Below are positions 29,987-39,044 of a DNA stretch of 64,000 nucleotides, piece after piece. The DNA is from Candidatus Enteromonas sp. (GTDB lineage Bacteria; Bacillota_I; Bacilli_A; RFN20; CAG-826), in the NCBI GenBank assembly GCA_034089705.1, contig JAXDTZ010000014.1, forward strand, positions 28,819-92,818, in the 5' to 3' direction. The first letter of the stretch is position 1. Each line of letters opens with the position of its first letter. Position numbers and translations under genes: made by a program. The notes beneath the pieces are model-generated. The model searched no databases and was not told where the DNA came from. It worked only from the letters and a program-made list of their open reading frames with translations.

Positions 29987-30799
29987 CTATTTCTTTTTGC
30001 CCTTTGGGGCGAATCGTTCTTTCCAGGCGGAACGCCGGCGTTCCTTTCGATGGATTTTTTCGGCTTGGGCGCTTGCGGTTCTCTCTTCGCCCAGCTTCTT
30101 TTTCTTGGCTAGGAATTCTTCGTGGGCTTCGTCGAGTTCCTTCCGGAGCTTGGTCTCGTAAGGGCCCGCTTCTTTGGGGAGTTCCACGGTGGGAACGTAA
30201 CCCGCGAAGCTGTCGGCGACTTTGGAAATTCCGGATTTCCATTTGTTGGAAATGGATTCTTTGACGTAATCGACGACGAGGTTTTTCACGTCATCCCCCA
30301 AGGTTTTCCGATCTTCTTCTAAGGATAAGCGAAACAGATCGATATAATGGAACACGAAGGATTTGAGCAGTTCGAAGCCGATTTGGACGACGACGAGGAC
30401 CACCATCCCGATAGCGAGGAAGCGCTCGGCGTCATGGACTTCGAGGAAGCAAATGCTCACGAGGGAAATCATCGCGGCGATGAAGCGGAGCCCGATGATG
30501 CAATAGGACAAAAAAGCCCGGACTTGCTCATGGGAATAGCGGCGTTCCAGTTCCCGATTCGATTTCCCCGAAAGGTAAACGGCGAACACCGCGACGGAAA
30601 TGCCGGCGATCAAAGAATAGATGCTGAGGCGAACCCAATGGGCTTGGGTCGCGTGGATGAAAATCGAATAACCGAAAAATAAGAGGGAAACGCAAAAGGA
30701 AATGATTCCGATCGCGAATACGATTTGGGCGATGTTTTTCTGGAGTTTGTCTAGCAAGGCTCGCGTGTAAGTTAGAGGTTCGTTTCCCATCCTTATCAT
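29987..30799 (-). CDS. membrane protein with 4-5 TM segments and a charged K/E/R-rich C-terminal tail
   Basis: 270-aa ORF; hydrophobic helices in first 160 aa, then coiled-coil-like charged tail ending RFAPKGKKK. Confidence 0.55.
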   Translation of the reverse strand: MIRMGNEPLTYTRALLDKLQKNIAQIVFAIGIISFCVSLLFFGYSIFIHATQAHWVRLSIYSLIAGISVAVFAVYLSGKSNRELERRYSHEQVRAFLSYCIIGLRFIAAMISLVSICFLEVHDAERFLAIGMVVLVVVQIGFELLKSFVFHYIDLFRLSLEEDRKTLGDDVKNLVVDYVKESISNKWKSGISKVADSFAGYVPTVELPKEAGPYETKLRKELDEAHEEFLAKKKKLGEERTASAQAEKIHRKERRRSAWKERFAPKGKKK

Positions 30800-30942
30800 T
30801 ATATTGCTTCTTGCTCATTTTGGGGAAACGCAATTCCGCCTTAAATTAAGGGAGAACGGGGTCGAATTCGGGGGATTCGATGGCTCTTTAAAAAGTTAGC
30901 GACGTCATTCATTTCGGGGATAGCGGCTTCCGTCAATCCAGG

Positions 30943-30948
30943 TATAAT
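30943..30948 (+). promoter_or_regulatory. consensus -10 box (TATAAT) placed 7 nt before the ABC ATPase start codon, implying a leaderless mRNA
   Basis: CCAGGTATAATCTAAACCATG; no Shine-Dalgarno between the -10 and ATG 30956. Confidence 0.45.
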
Positions 30949-30955
30949 CTAAACC

Positions 30956-31957
30956 ATGATTGAAGTAAAACACGTCAAAAAGTATTTCTCGCGCCCTTTT
31001 CGCGAACCGGGGTTGATTGGCGCCGTCAAAAGCCTTTTCACCCGCAAGAAAATCATCACGAAAGCCGTCGATGACGTGTCATTCGCCATCACGGACGGGG
31101 AGATCGTCGGTTACATTGGCTCCAATGGGGCGGGGAAAAGCACCACCATCAAAATGATGACGGGGATCTTAACCCCAAGCGAAGGGGAAATCCTTTACGA
31201 CGGCAAGCGCCCTTATGACCATCATGACCGCCGCTCCTTGCTCAAAGACATCGGCGTCGTTTTCGGGCAGAGAACCCAGCTTTGGTGGGATTTGCCCTTG
31301 CGCGATTCCTTCGATCTTTACCGAGATATCTACGAAATCCCCAAGGACGAATACGAGGCGCGCGTCCAATATCTCAGCGAATTGCTCGGGCTAGAGCCCC
31401 TATGGATGTCCCAGGTCCGGACCATGTCCTTGGGCCAACGGATGCGAGCCGATTTGGCGGCGAGTTTGATCCATCGCCCGAAAGTTTTGTTCTTGGACGA
31501 ACCGACCATCGGCCTCGATGTGCTCGTCAAAGACAAAATCGTCGAAGCCATCCATTCCATCAATCGGGATTTCGGGACCACCGTCATCTTGACCACCCAC
31601 GACATGAAGGACATCCAGAACCTTTGCGAGCGAATCATCATCCTCGATGAAGGGAAAATCCTCTATGACGGGCCGCTTTCCACCATCAAGGAACGCTTTG
31701 GCGACATTCGGAAACTCCGCCTTTTGACCGAAGATGAAATCGATCTTTCCGCCCTCCAAGGGGCTTTCCCTGGAGTGCAGGAAATCAAAAAGAGCGAGGA
31801 CGGGTATTCGGAAATCGCTTATAACGCCTCAAAAGTTTCCCCCGAGGACTTGCTCCAATACCTCATCGGCAAGATTCATTTTACCGACATCAAAATGGAG
31901 GAAACGAGCCTCGCCGATATCGTCAAGCGCATCTACGCGACCAAGGAGATCGGATGA
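30956..31957 (+). CDS. ABC transporter ATP-binding protein (DrrA/ABC-2 type with C-terminal accessory domain)
   Basis: Walker A GSNGAGKST, signature LSLGQRMR, Walker B LFLDEPT; ~90-aa C-terminal extension. Confidence 0.9.
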   Translation: MIEVKHVKKYFSRPFREPGLIGAVKSLFTRKKIITKAVDDVSFAITDGEIVGYIGSNGAGKSTTIKMMTGILTPSEGEILYDGKRPYDHHDRRSLLKDIGVVFGQRTQLWWDLPLRDSFDLYRDIYEIPKDEYEARVQYLSELLGLEPLWMSQVRTMSLGQRMRADLAASLIHRPKVLFLDEPTIGLDVLVKDKIVEAIHSINRDFGTTVILTTHDMKDIQNLCERIIILDEGKILYDGPLSTIKERFGDIRKLRLLTEDEIDLSALQGAFPGVQEIKKSEDGYSEIAYNASKVSPEDLLQYLIGKIHFTDIKMEETSLADIVKRIYATKEIG

Positions 31958-32808
31958 GAAAATACCGCGGATTCATCAAAGCGAGCTTCCTTGAGGTTTT
32001 TGCGTTCCGCTTCGACATTTGGAGTTGGATCGTCCAAGACATTTTGACGGTCATCTGCACGGTTTTCCTTTGGCTCGCGATTTACGCCCAACAAGATTCC
32101 GGGGCGTCGATTTCCGGGTACAAGGAAGCCGAATTGATTGGGTATATGGTCTTCATTTCCCTCAGCCTCACTTGGAGCGGGGCCACCAACACATTCCGAA
32201 ACGTCGGGGACGACATTTACCAAGGCAACATCGCCAACAGTTTGACCAAGCCGATCCATTACCGGAGATGGCAATTCTTCAACGCGATTGGGCAAATGCT
32301 CGCGAACTTCACCCTCTTTTTCCTTCCGATGTTAGTGGCGAGCGCGCTATTTTTGCAGTTGATCTTCGCTTCTAGCGGAGGGCTTGGGGCGATCTTCTCC
32401 TCCTTTTCTTGGTGGAACGTCCCTTTCTACCTCATCGCTGGGCTCCTCGCCCTCGTCATTACCGACAGCCTCGATTTCATCATCGCCCAACTCAGTTTCC
32501 TCACCAAATCGGTTTTCGGATTGATGATCATCAAATCCACCATCTTCGCGTTTTTAAGCGGGGGAATGATTCCTTTTTCCTTCTTCCCCAAAGGCGTTCA
32601 AGAAGCCCTTGCCTATTTGCCGTTTGCCTCTTTGGCTTCCACCCCCGTCAACCTGCTTTTGGGGCGATATAGCCTGACGAGTTCCGTTCCTTTGCAAAAC
32701 GCTTGGTTCGTTTTGGGGCTGAGCGCCTTATACGCGATTGCCCTCTACGCGGCAAGCGAGATGGCGTGCGCGAAAATGATCCGCCACGTCGAAAGCGCGG
32801 GAGGTTAG
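31954..32808 (+). CDS. ABC-2 family transporter permease
   Basis: 284 aa, 6 predicted TM helices; ATGA overlap with the ATPase stop. Confidence 0.8.
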   Translation: MRKYRGFIKASFLEVFAFRFDIWSWIVQDILTVICTVFLWLAIYAQQDSGASISGYKEAELIGYMVFISLSLTWSGATNTFRNVGDDIYQGNIANSLTKPIHYRRWQFFNAIGQMLANFTLFFLPMLVASALFLQLIFASSGGLGAIFSSFSWWNVPFYLIAGLLALVITDSLDFIIAQLSFLTKSVFGLMIIKSTIFAFLSGGMIPFSFFPKGVQEALAYLPFASLASTPVNLLLGRYSLTSSVPLQNAWFVLGLSALYAIALYAASEMACAKMIRHVESAGG

Positions 32809-32809
32809 C

Positions 32810-33664
32810 ATGATCCGGAAATACTTCAAACTCTACCCGCATTACCTCGCGATGGCGGTGAAAAGCAAACTGATTTACCGCCTCGATGCGGCCCTTGGCA
32901 TCATCGGGTTCTTCTTCAGCAACGGGGCGACCTTCCTTTCCCTTTATTTGGCCTTGAGCTCCATCGGCGGGCTCGGGAAATGGAGTTTCATGCACATCAT
33001 TTTCCTCTATGGGTTCTTGATGATTCCGATGGGCATCGACCACATGCTGACCGACCGGCTTTGGAATTACGGAGGCTGGCTCATCCATAATGGCGAACTC
33101 GATCGCATTTTGATGAAGCCGTTGAATCCCCTCTTCCAAATGTGCGCGGAATTCTTCCAAGAAGGGGGCATCGGGGAGATTGTCCTCGGCGTGGCCTTCA
33201 TCGCCATCAGCGCCCCCAACATCTCGGTGACCATCTCCTTCTCGAGCGTCATGGCTTTGATCGTCGGGGGATTTTTCTCGATCTTCATCTATTTCGCCAT
33301 CAAACTTGGGTCAATGAGCGTCGCTTTCTACACCCATCGTTCCATCTCCTTGATGTCGGCGCTTTACAACGTCAAGGATTTCGGGCGTTACCCCGGGAGC
33401 ATCTACCATTCGTCCCCCAAGAAAGTTATCGGCAACGTCTTCTACAATATCTTGCTGTTCCTCTTGCCTTTTGGCTTAGTTGGATATCTGCCGGTATCCT
33501 GCATTTTGTTCCCCGGCGACCCCATTCCCTTCTTGTGGTTCTCCATTCCCCCTTCTTCTTGGCTCGTCGCCGGCATCATCGCCGTGGTGGCGATCGCTCA
33601 CTTCTCCTTTGCCTATTGGTTGTTCCGGCGAGGCATTCGCCGTTATGGCTCCGCCGGGTCGTGA
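32810..33664 (+). CDS. ABC-2 family transporter permease (second subunit)
   Basis: 284 aa, 6 TM; GGGAGG RBS; 1 nt after the previous stop. Confidence 0.8.
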   Translation: MIRKYFKLYPHYLAMAVKSKLIYRLDAALGIIGFFFSNGATFLSLYLALSSIGGLGKWSFMHIIFLYGFLMIPMGIDHMLTDRLWNYGGWLIHNGELDRILMKPLNPLFQMCAEFFQEGGIGEIVLGVAFIAISAPNISVTISFSSVMALIVGGFFSIFIYFAIKLGSMSVAFYTHRSISLMSALYNVKDFGRYPGSIYHSSPKKVIGNVFYNILLFLLPFGLVGYLPVSCILFPGDPIPFLWFSIPPSSWLVAGIIAVVAIAHFSFAYWLFRRGIRRYGSAGS

Positions 33665-33684
33665 TTGTTTTTGGGTTAGTTTCC

Positions 33685-33715
33685 TTGCAAAATTTCAGGG
33701 TTACTATATAGTAAC
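33685..33715 (+). promoter_or_regulatory. sigma-A-like promoter (TTGCAA-16 nt-TATAGT) with a perfect 16-bp palindrome GTTACTATATAGTAAC over the -10 box
   Basis: -35 at 33685..33690, -10 at 33707..33712, palindrome 33700..33715, ~25 nt upstream of the first lipoprotein gene. Confidence 0.5.
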
Positions 33716-33741
33716 TGGGTTTGAAAAGGAAAAGATGTCGT

Positions 33742-35661
33742 ATGAAAAAATATTCTTCTGCCTTATTTGCGTTAGCGGCTTCTGCGTTGCTGCTCGTTTC
33801 TTGTAGCGTCGGGAACTCCGCTTCTTCGCTTGATTCTATTGCCCCGTCGAATTCGGAAACTTCGAAGGAGCCAACCCCCGACTCCTCGAAAGAGACGAGT
33901 TCGGAGGATTCCGAATCGCTGGTTTCTTCCGAAGAAGAGAGCAAAAGCGAAACGGTCACCGAACCGAGCGAAGAGCCCCAGGAATTCACGATTTCCCTCG
34001 TGGGGGATCCTTCTTCCGTAGGCGTCGAGGTGCAAGCCCCTTCTTCCGCGATCGAAGGGTCGACGGTCACTTTGGAAGTCACCGTTAGTGAGGGCCATAT
34101 CCTCGAATACATCCGTCTTTACGCCCCAACTAGCGCCGGTGGCGGGGTGCGCGTGAGCCCGGACGAAAAGGGAGCCTATACGTTTGTGATGCCTTCCCAA
34201 AATCTCACGATTTATTACAAAGGCGTCGTGGGATACACCGTCTCATTTGCCAGTGACCACGCGAGCGCCGTTTTGGCGGAAGATTCCGCGCCTTATGACC
34301 TTTTTGGGGAAGGCTATCCCGTCTACGTCATGAAAAACACCGTGGAAGAAGGGTATTCCTTCACCGGCTTCACCGTGGAAGATGAAAACGGGAATTCCAT
34401 CGAAACTTGGAACGACCGCATCGACCAAGTGGGATTCCTCATGCCCGCGGGCAACGTGACCGTCACTGCCCACGCGGTGGCGGTGGACGCCGTTTTCGTC
34501 GAACTGGCCGAGACCTATTCCAACGGATGGGCCATTGACATGAACGAACCCGCGAGCGGATTCGAACTTCAGATCGACATCGACGGGCGCATCACCCTCA
34601 AGACCGACTGGGCGGATCCCTATTGGACGGGCATCGCGACCTATTCGGGGGGAGTTCTTTCCGCTGACCTTTGCCATTTGACGGGCGATGGGTATTATAC
34701 CGACGCGTTCCGCCATTTCGACGCGACCTTCCATCAGGACCGCGATTACGTGACTGCAAAACTCTCGAGCGGGGAAACCGTTTACAACTACCTCTTCGCC
34801 AGAACGAGCGAAGCGATGGTGGTGAAGAAGATCTTCGCTTCCGATGCCTTGGATGGGGGATACGTCTTGAAGCACCGCATCGCCCTGGTAAGCGCCGCCA
34901 GCGGCGACTTCTTCTGCTATACGACCCCAGACCGCAAGGCCAGCTATTCCTTCTTGCGCGCTTTCGAAGCCTCGAGCGGCGAAGAAGTCCATAACCTCTT
35001 TAAAGGCGGGAACTACGTCTTAAAGGACGCTAGCGGCAACGAAGTCGTCGCGGTGAGCTATGACGGAAGCAAAATCTCCGTTTCGGGGCTCGAAAGGGGG
35101 ACCTACGCGGTCGATGAGTCCACCTCCATCTCCTTGGACGGGTTCGGAAATTACTCCAAAGGCGAAGAAACGGGAACCTACGTGCTCAAAGGCGACCAAT
35201 TGAAGCTCTCAAGCGGGGAAGAATACACGATCGACCGCGAAGCAAAAACGGCCACGCGCGTAGAAAAAACCGCTGCCCATCCTTTTTCAGGCAAAACTTA
35301 CGCGACAAGCGAAACCAATCCCATCAAGATTTTCGAAGAGAGCTATGACGATTACGCACCCAACGATTTCCAATTCCTCATCCAATTCGGACTCGGGGAA
35401 GGGGAGATCGAACAAGTCTCCTTCTTGCGGCTAGGAGACCCCTGGCCCCAAGTGGGCAGCACGAAAACCCTCACGACCAACATTTCCTACACCTATAGCG
35501 AAACCACCGGGCGTTTGACGGCAAGGCTGGGAAACGACACCGCGACGATGGTCTACGACGCGGAGAGCGATTCCTTCCGTTATTCCGGCACGATCTGGTA
35601 TTCCAATCAAGGGGATTACCAGACGAACAACAAAGACCTCACCTTGACCCTTAAGGCATAA
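33742..35661 (+). CDS. lipoprotein (640 aa) with S/E-rich linker and two copies of a recurrent ~85-aa module
   Basis: signal peptide with lipobox LLVSCS; AGGAAA RBS; modules ending TFVMPSQNLTIY and FLMPAGNVTVTAHA. Confidence 0.8.
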   Translation: MKKYSSALFALAASALLLVSCSVGNSASSLDSIAPSNSETSKEPTPDSSKETSSEDSESLVSSEEESKSETVTEPSEEPQEFTISLVGDPSSVGVEVQAPSSAIEGSTVTLEVTVSEGHILEYIRLYAPTSAGGGVRVSPDEKGAYTFVMPSQNLTIYYKGVVGYTVSFASDHASAVLAEDSAPYDLFGEGYPVYVMKNTVEEGYSFTGFTVEDENGNSIETWNDRIDQVGFLMPAGNVTVTAHAVAVDAVFVELAETYSNGWAIDMNEPASGFELQIDIDGRITLKTDWADPYWTGIATYSGGVLSADLCHLTGDGYYTDAFRHFDATFHQDRDYVTAKLSSGETVYNYLFARTSEAMVVKKIFASDALDGGYVLKHRIALVSAASGDFFCYTTPDRKASYSFLRAFEASSGEEVHNLFKGGNYVLKDASGNEVVAVSYDGSKISVSGLERGTYAVDESTSISLDGFGNYSKGEETGTYVLKGDQLKLSSGEEYTIDREAKTATRVEKTAAHPFSGKTYATSETNPIKIFEESYDDYAPNDFQFLIQFGLGEGEIEQVSFLRLGDPWPQVGSTKTLTTNISYTYSETTGRLTARLGNDTATMVYDAESDSFRYSGTIWYSNQGDYQTNNKDLTLTLKA

Positions 35662-35667
35662 CCATTT

Positions 35668-37500
35668 ATGAAAAAACAAGCATTATTTCTCTTATCTCTT
35701 TCCTTTTTGCTCGCTTCTTGCGGGCTAAACGCTTCCAGTTCTTCTTCCGATTCCATCGAGGAATCGCCCGTTTCCAGCGAATCCCTCCCTTCGAGCGAAT
35801 CGGTGGATTCTTCCCTTTCAAGCGATGAGCCGTTTTACCCTTCCATCCCCGGGACTCCCGAGATGGACGATGAAGCGGAGCACGACGCGGGAGGCCTGAG
35901 CGAACTCGACGTCCGCGAGGCGCTTCTCGAAGCTTACGAATCCAAGAAGACCCTGCGTTCCAACGTGGTAAGGAGCCAAGTCTACCTTCGGGGCAACACC
36001 GAAGGGTATGGGGTGGAACTCACCGAAACCCATTACGACTTCTACGAATCCCCGACCTATGGGACCATCATGACCGGTCGGGCCGAATATCGAAAGGGAA
36101 GCGGGGTTTATTCCCCCGTGATCGACCAAGATAGCGGCTACGGGTACCACATCCAAAGCTACGTGGACGGGGGATACCTCCATTACCTCGAAAAGGCCGA
36201 CGAGGGGGTCACTAGCCGCGTCAGTTACGACAACGTTTCGAAGAACAACCGCTACAACAACCTTTACACGATTTATTCGGCGAACCGCGACCTCGCCATC
36301 ATGGAAGACGTGCTCGATGCGATCGACAAGCAATACGGTTCCGCTTCCGAAACCGCAAGGTACATCGACACGATTGGGGATTCGATCATCTTCAAAATCA
36401 CGACTCACGAATACTCGCCCTACACCTACTACAATTACGACGATTTCTTCTATGTCCACCTCGACAAAACGACGAAAAAAGTCACCCGGGTGGATAGCGG
36501 ATTCCTCGTCTACGACCTCGGCGGGGATTTGAAAAACGAAGAGGCGATCCAAGCCATGCGAATCGATTCCGTTTCCCAATTCGATTACGAGAAACGGCCC
36601 GAGTTCCAAGGGACGCTCTACAACGAAAACGACGTGGAGAAGGTCTATGGACTCGCTCCCCAGCACAAAGTGGACTACTCCTCTTGGGAAGATGGGGTCT
36701 TGAGCACCGATCGTAGCGTCGAGATTCTCCAAAACCTCCAAACCTTCGCCGAAGGCACGACTTCTTCTACGGCGACCTTCCATTACGGCGGTTTCGTCGA
36801 TCCCCAATCCCAAGCCGACGAAGACAGCGGGGAATACGCCATCTTAGGCGAAGCTAGCGGCACCGCCACGACCACCCTCTACGAAGGGGATTTCGCCGAA
36901 ATCCAAGGACAGATCTCGCTCGTCAACAAAGAGGGAACCAAGGAAATCTCGATGGTTTCCCAAACAATCGCCGACGACGAAGGGATGCGCATCGCGACGG
37001 CGTATTCGGATGTGTTAAAGAGCCATAAACACGTTTTCAAAGCCAGCGAAGTCTCCGACACCGACCCGTATTTGGGCATCTCTCCCATCTATCGTCCGGA
37101 AGTCTTCCATCCTTTTGAAATCGCCGCCGGATGCGGGCTCAATTGCGACAAGAATTCCCCGATCAACGACGACAGCAACACCTACACTTCCGCGGGGGCC
37201 TTGAGCAAATCCGGGAATGTGATCACGGGCAAACTCACCAAGGTGTACCACAAGAACGTCTGGACGCCTTATTGGACTTACAGCGCTTCCTTTACCATCG
37301 AAGATGGCTTCTTGAGTTCCATCACTTTGGACGTTTCTACCTACCGCGAAAGCGATACCGCGCATTACGAATTCGATTCTTCCTTTGCCTTCGCGATGAA
37401 AAAAGGCGAGCCGGTTCTCCCCTTCTCTGGGGACATCCTTGATGTTTCTTCGTTAAAAGAAGGATCGGTCATGGCCAAGAACGAATGGATTTACATGTAA
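35668..37500 (+). CDS. lipoprotein (610 aa), unknown function
   Basis: MKKQALFLLSLSFLLASCG lipobox followed by S/E/D-rich low-complexity linker; 6 nt after the previous gene. Confidence 0.8.
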   Translation: MKKQALFLLSLSFLLASCGLNASSSSSDSIEESPVSSESLPSSESVDSSLSSDEPFYPSIPGTPEMDDEAEHDAGGLSELDVREALLEAYESKKTLRSNVVRSQVYLRGNTEGYGVELTETHYDFYESPTYGTIMTGRAEYRKGSGVYSPVIDQDSGYGYHIQSYVDGGYLHYLEKADEGVTSRVSYDNVSKNNRYNNLYTIYSANRDLAIMEDVLDAIDKQYGSASETARYIDTIGDSIIFKITTHEYSPYTYYNYDDFFYVHLDKTTKKVTRVDSGFLVYDLGGDLKNEEAIQAMRIDSVSQFDYEKRPEFQGTLYNENDVEKVYGLAPQHKVDYSSWEDGVLSTDRSVEILQNLQTFAEGTTSSTATFHYGGFVDPQSQADEDSGEYAILGEASGTATTTLYEGDFAEIQGQISLVNKEGTKEISMVSQTIADDEGMRIATAYSDVLKSHKHVFKASEVSDTDPYLGISPIYRPEVFHPFEIAAGCGLNCDKNSPINDDSNTYTSAGALSKSGNVITGKLTKVYHKNVWTPYWTYSASFTIEDGFLSSITLDVSTYRESDTAHYEFDSSFAFAMKKGEPVLPFSGDILDVSSLKEGSVMAKNEWIYM

Positions 37501-37515
37501 ACGAGGTTTTCCGAC

Positions 37516-39042
37516 ATGAAAAAACGCATTTTGTTCCTTTCTTCTCTCCTCTCCCTCGCTTCTTGCAGCGCGGGGGGAATTTCTTCGAGCAAACCCCAAG
37601 AAAGCGGCCTTTCTACCTTCGATAGCGCCCTTTCCAGCGAATCGGCGGAAGAATCTTTGAAAGAAGAAACTTCTTCCCTTTCCGAGAAAGAGCAATTCCT
37701 TTCTTATTTGACTTCCTTGAATGAAACCCATCGCTACACCGCTCGCCTTTCCTATTCCGTCCTTTCGGAAGACGGGGAAGAGCACATGTTCCCGTATGGG
37801 ATTCAAGAGCAATACGGCGATCAGGCCCTTCTTTGGTTGGACGAAGAGAGGGCCATCAATTCCGGGGTCCTCATCAACGGGGAACAAGGGGTGTTCGATT
37901 TCTCGATCGTAAACGGCGAGTTGGTCTTAGGGAACTTCTCTTTCTTCGATGCCGGAGAGCCCATGGGAGAGCTCTACAGCACCCCCATCGACTTCGCCAA
38001 CCCCCGTTATTGGGTGGAAGACGAGGAAGGCGGATTCCACAGCAATTCCCGCCAAGTTTCTAGCGCCCTGGCTTCCTTAAGCGGCCTTCAGGACTTGGAG
38101 AACTACTATGGCGTCGAATTCAGCGCCGGGACAGCGTTCGCCTCCCTTTCCGACAACGGATTCTCCGTGCGGATGGATGCCTTGCTCGAAGGCGAAGTGG
38201 CCGCAAGAGGCTATATTGAGGTCGTGGATATCGGCGAAACGAGCAACCAAATCGTGGAGGATTATTTGAAGAATCCCCGCGTCGTTACCGCGAGAACGCA
38301 GTGGAGCGACGACGATCTGACCACCATCTCCCACTACTTTGCGGGCGATCTTCCCTTTCCCGAAGGGGCGAGCTACACCTTGTCGGTGAATTCGCTCGAC
38401 GATTACCTCGAAGTCATCATCGCCGATTGCGCTTCCGGGGACCTATCCGCCTCTTATAAAGCGCAGCTCGAAGCTCTCGGATACCACGTCGAATTTAAAT
38501 CCGAACATAGCCAATACGTCGCGGAGAAGGAAACCGTCGGGGAGAAGGAAATCGCCACCGACCTCGTGATTTTCTCCTATTTTTCCCAAAGCGAGATCGA
38601 ACAAGCCTATGGCAAAGAAACCGCGGAATTCTATCCTTATGGGCGCTTCCAAATCGAAGCCTACACCGACACCGTGGAAATCCACACCTACGAAGAAGGA
38701 ATCGCCGCGTTAGCAAAATACAGCCAATTCCCCACGCCGAGTTTTTCTGACGTGAGCCACACGGTCATCAATGACCTCACCGAATCCTTCGGGGCGTATC
38801 TGAGCGCCTACGTCACCGTTTCCTTCTATTGCGAGAACCAAACCGTCGCCACCGCCAACCTCAACGCTTACGCCGAGGTTTTGAAGGAAGCCGGTTTTAC
38901 GCTCGATGCCGATTCCACCGAAACCCACATCGCCTTGACGAGCAGCACCGGAGAAAAGGCGAAATACGTCGACCTCAACTTGGCATTGACGGAAGATAAT
39001 TCTTACCTTGGATATTTTGAGGTCACGTATATCGCGGAGTAA
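37516..39042 (+). CDS. lipoprotein (508 aa), unknown function
   Basis: MKKRILFLSSLLSLASCS lipobox, S/E-rich linker. Confidence 0.8.
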   Translation: MKKRILFLSSLLSLASCSAGGISSSKPQESGLSTFDSALSSESAEESLKEETSSLSEKEQFLSYLTSLNETHRYTARLSYSVLSEDGEEHMFPYGIQEQYGDQALLWLDEERAINSGVLINGEQGVFDFSIVNGELVLGNFSFFDAGEPMGELYSTPIDFANPRYWVEDEEGGFHSNSRQVSSALASLSGLQDLENYYGVEFSAGTAFASLSDNGFSVRMDALLEGEVAARGYIEVVDIGETSNQIVEDYLKNPRVVTARTQWSDDDLTTISHYFAGDLPFPEGASYTLSVNSLDDYLEVIIADCASGDLSASYKAQLEALGYHVEFKSEHSQYVAEKETVGEKEIATDLVIFSYFSQSEIEQAYGKETAEFYPYGRFQIEAYTDTVEIHTYEEGIAALAKYSQFPTPSFSDVSHTVINDLTESFGAYLSAYVTVSFYCENQTVATANLNAYAEVLKEAGFTLDADSTETHIALTSSTGEKAKYVDLNLALTEDNSYLGYFEVTYIAE

Positions 39043-39044
39043 CC

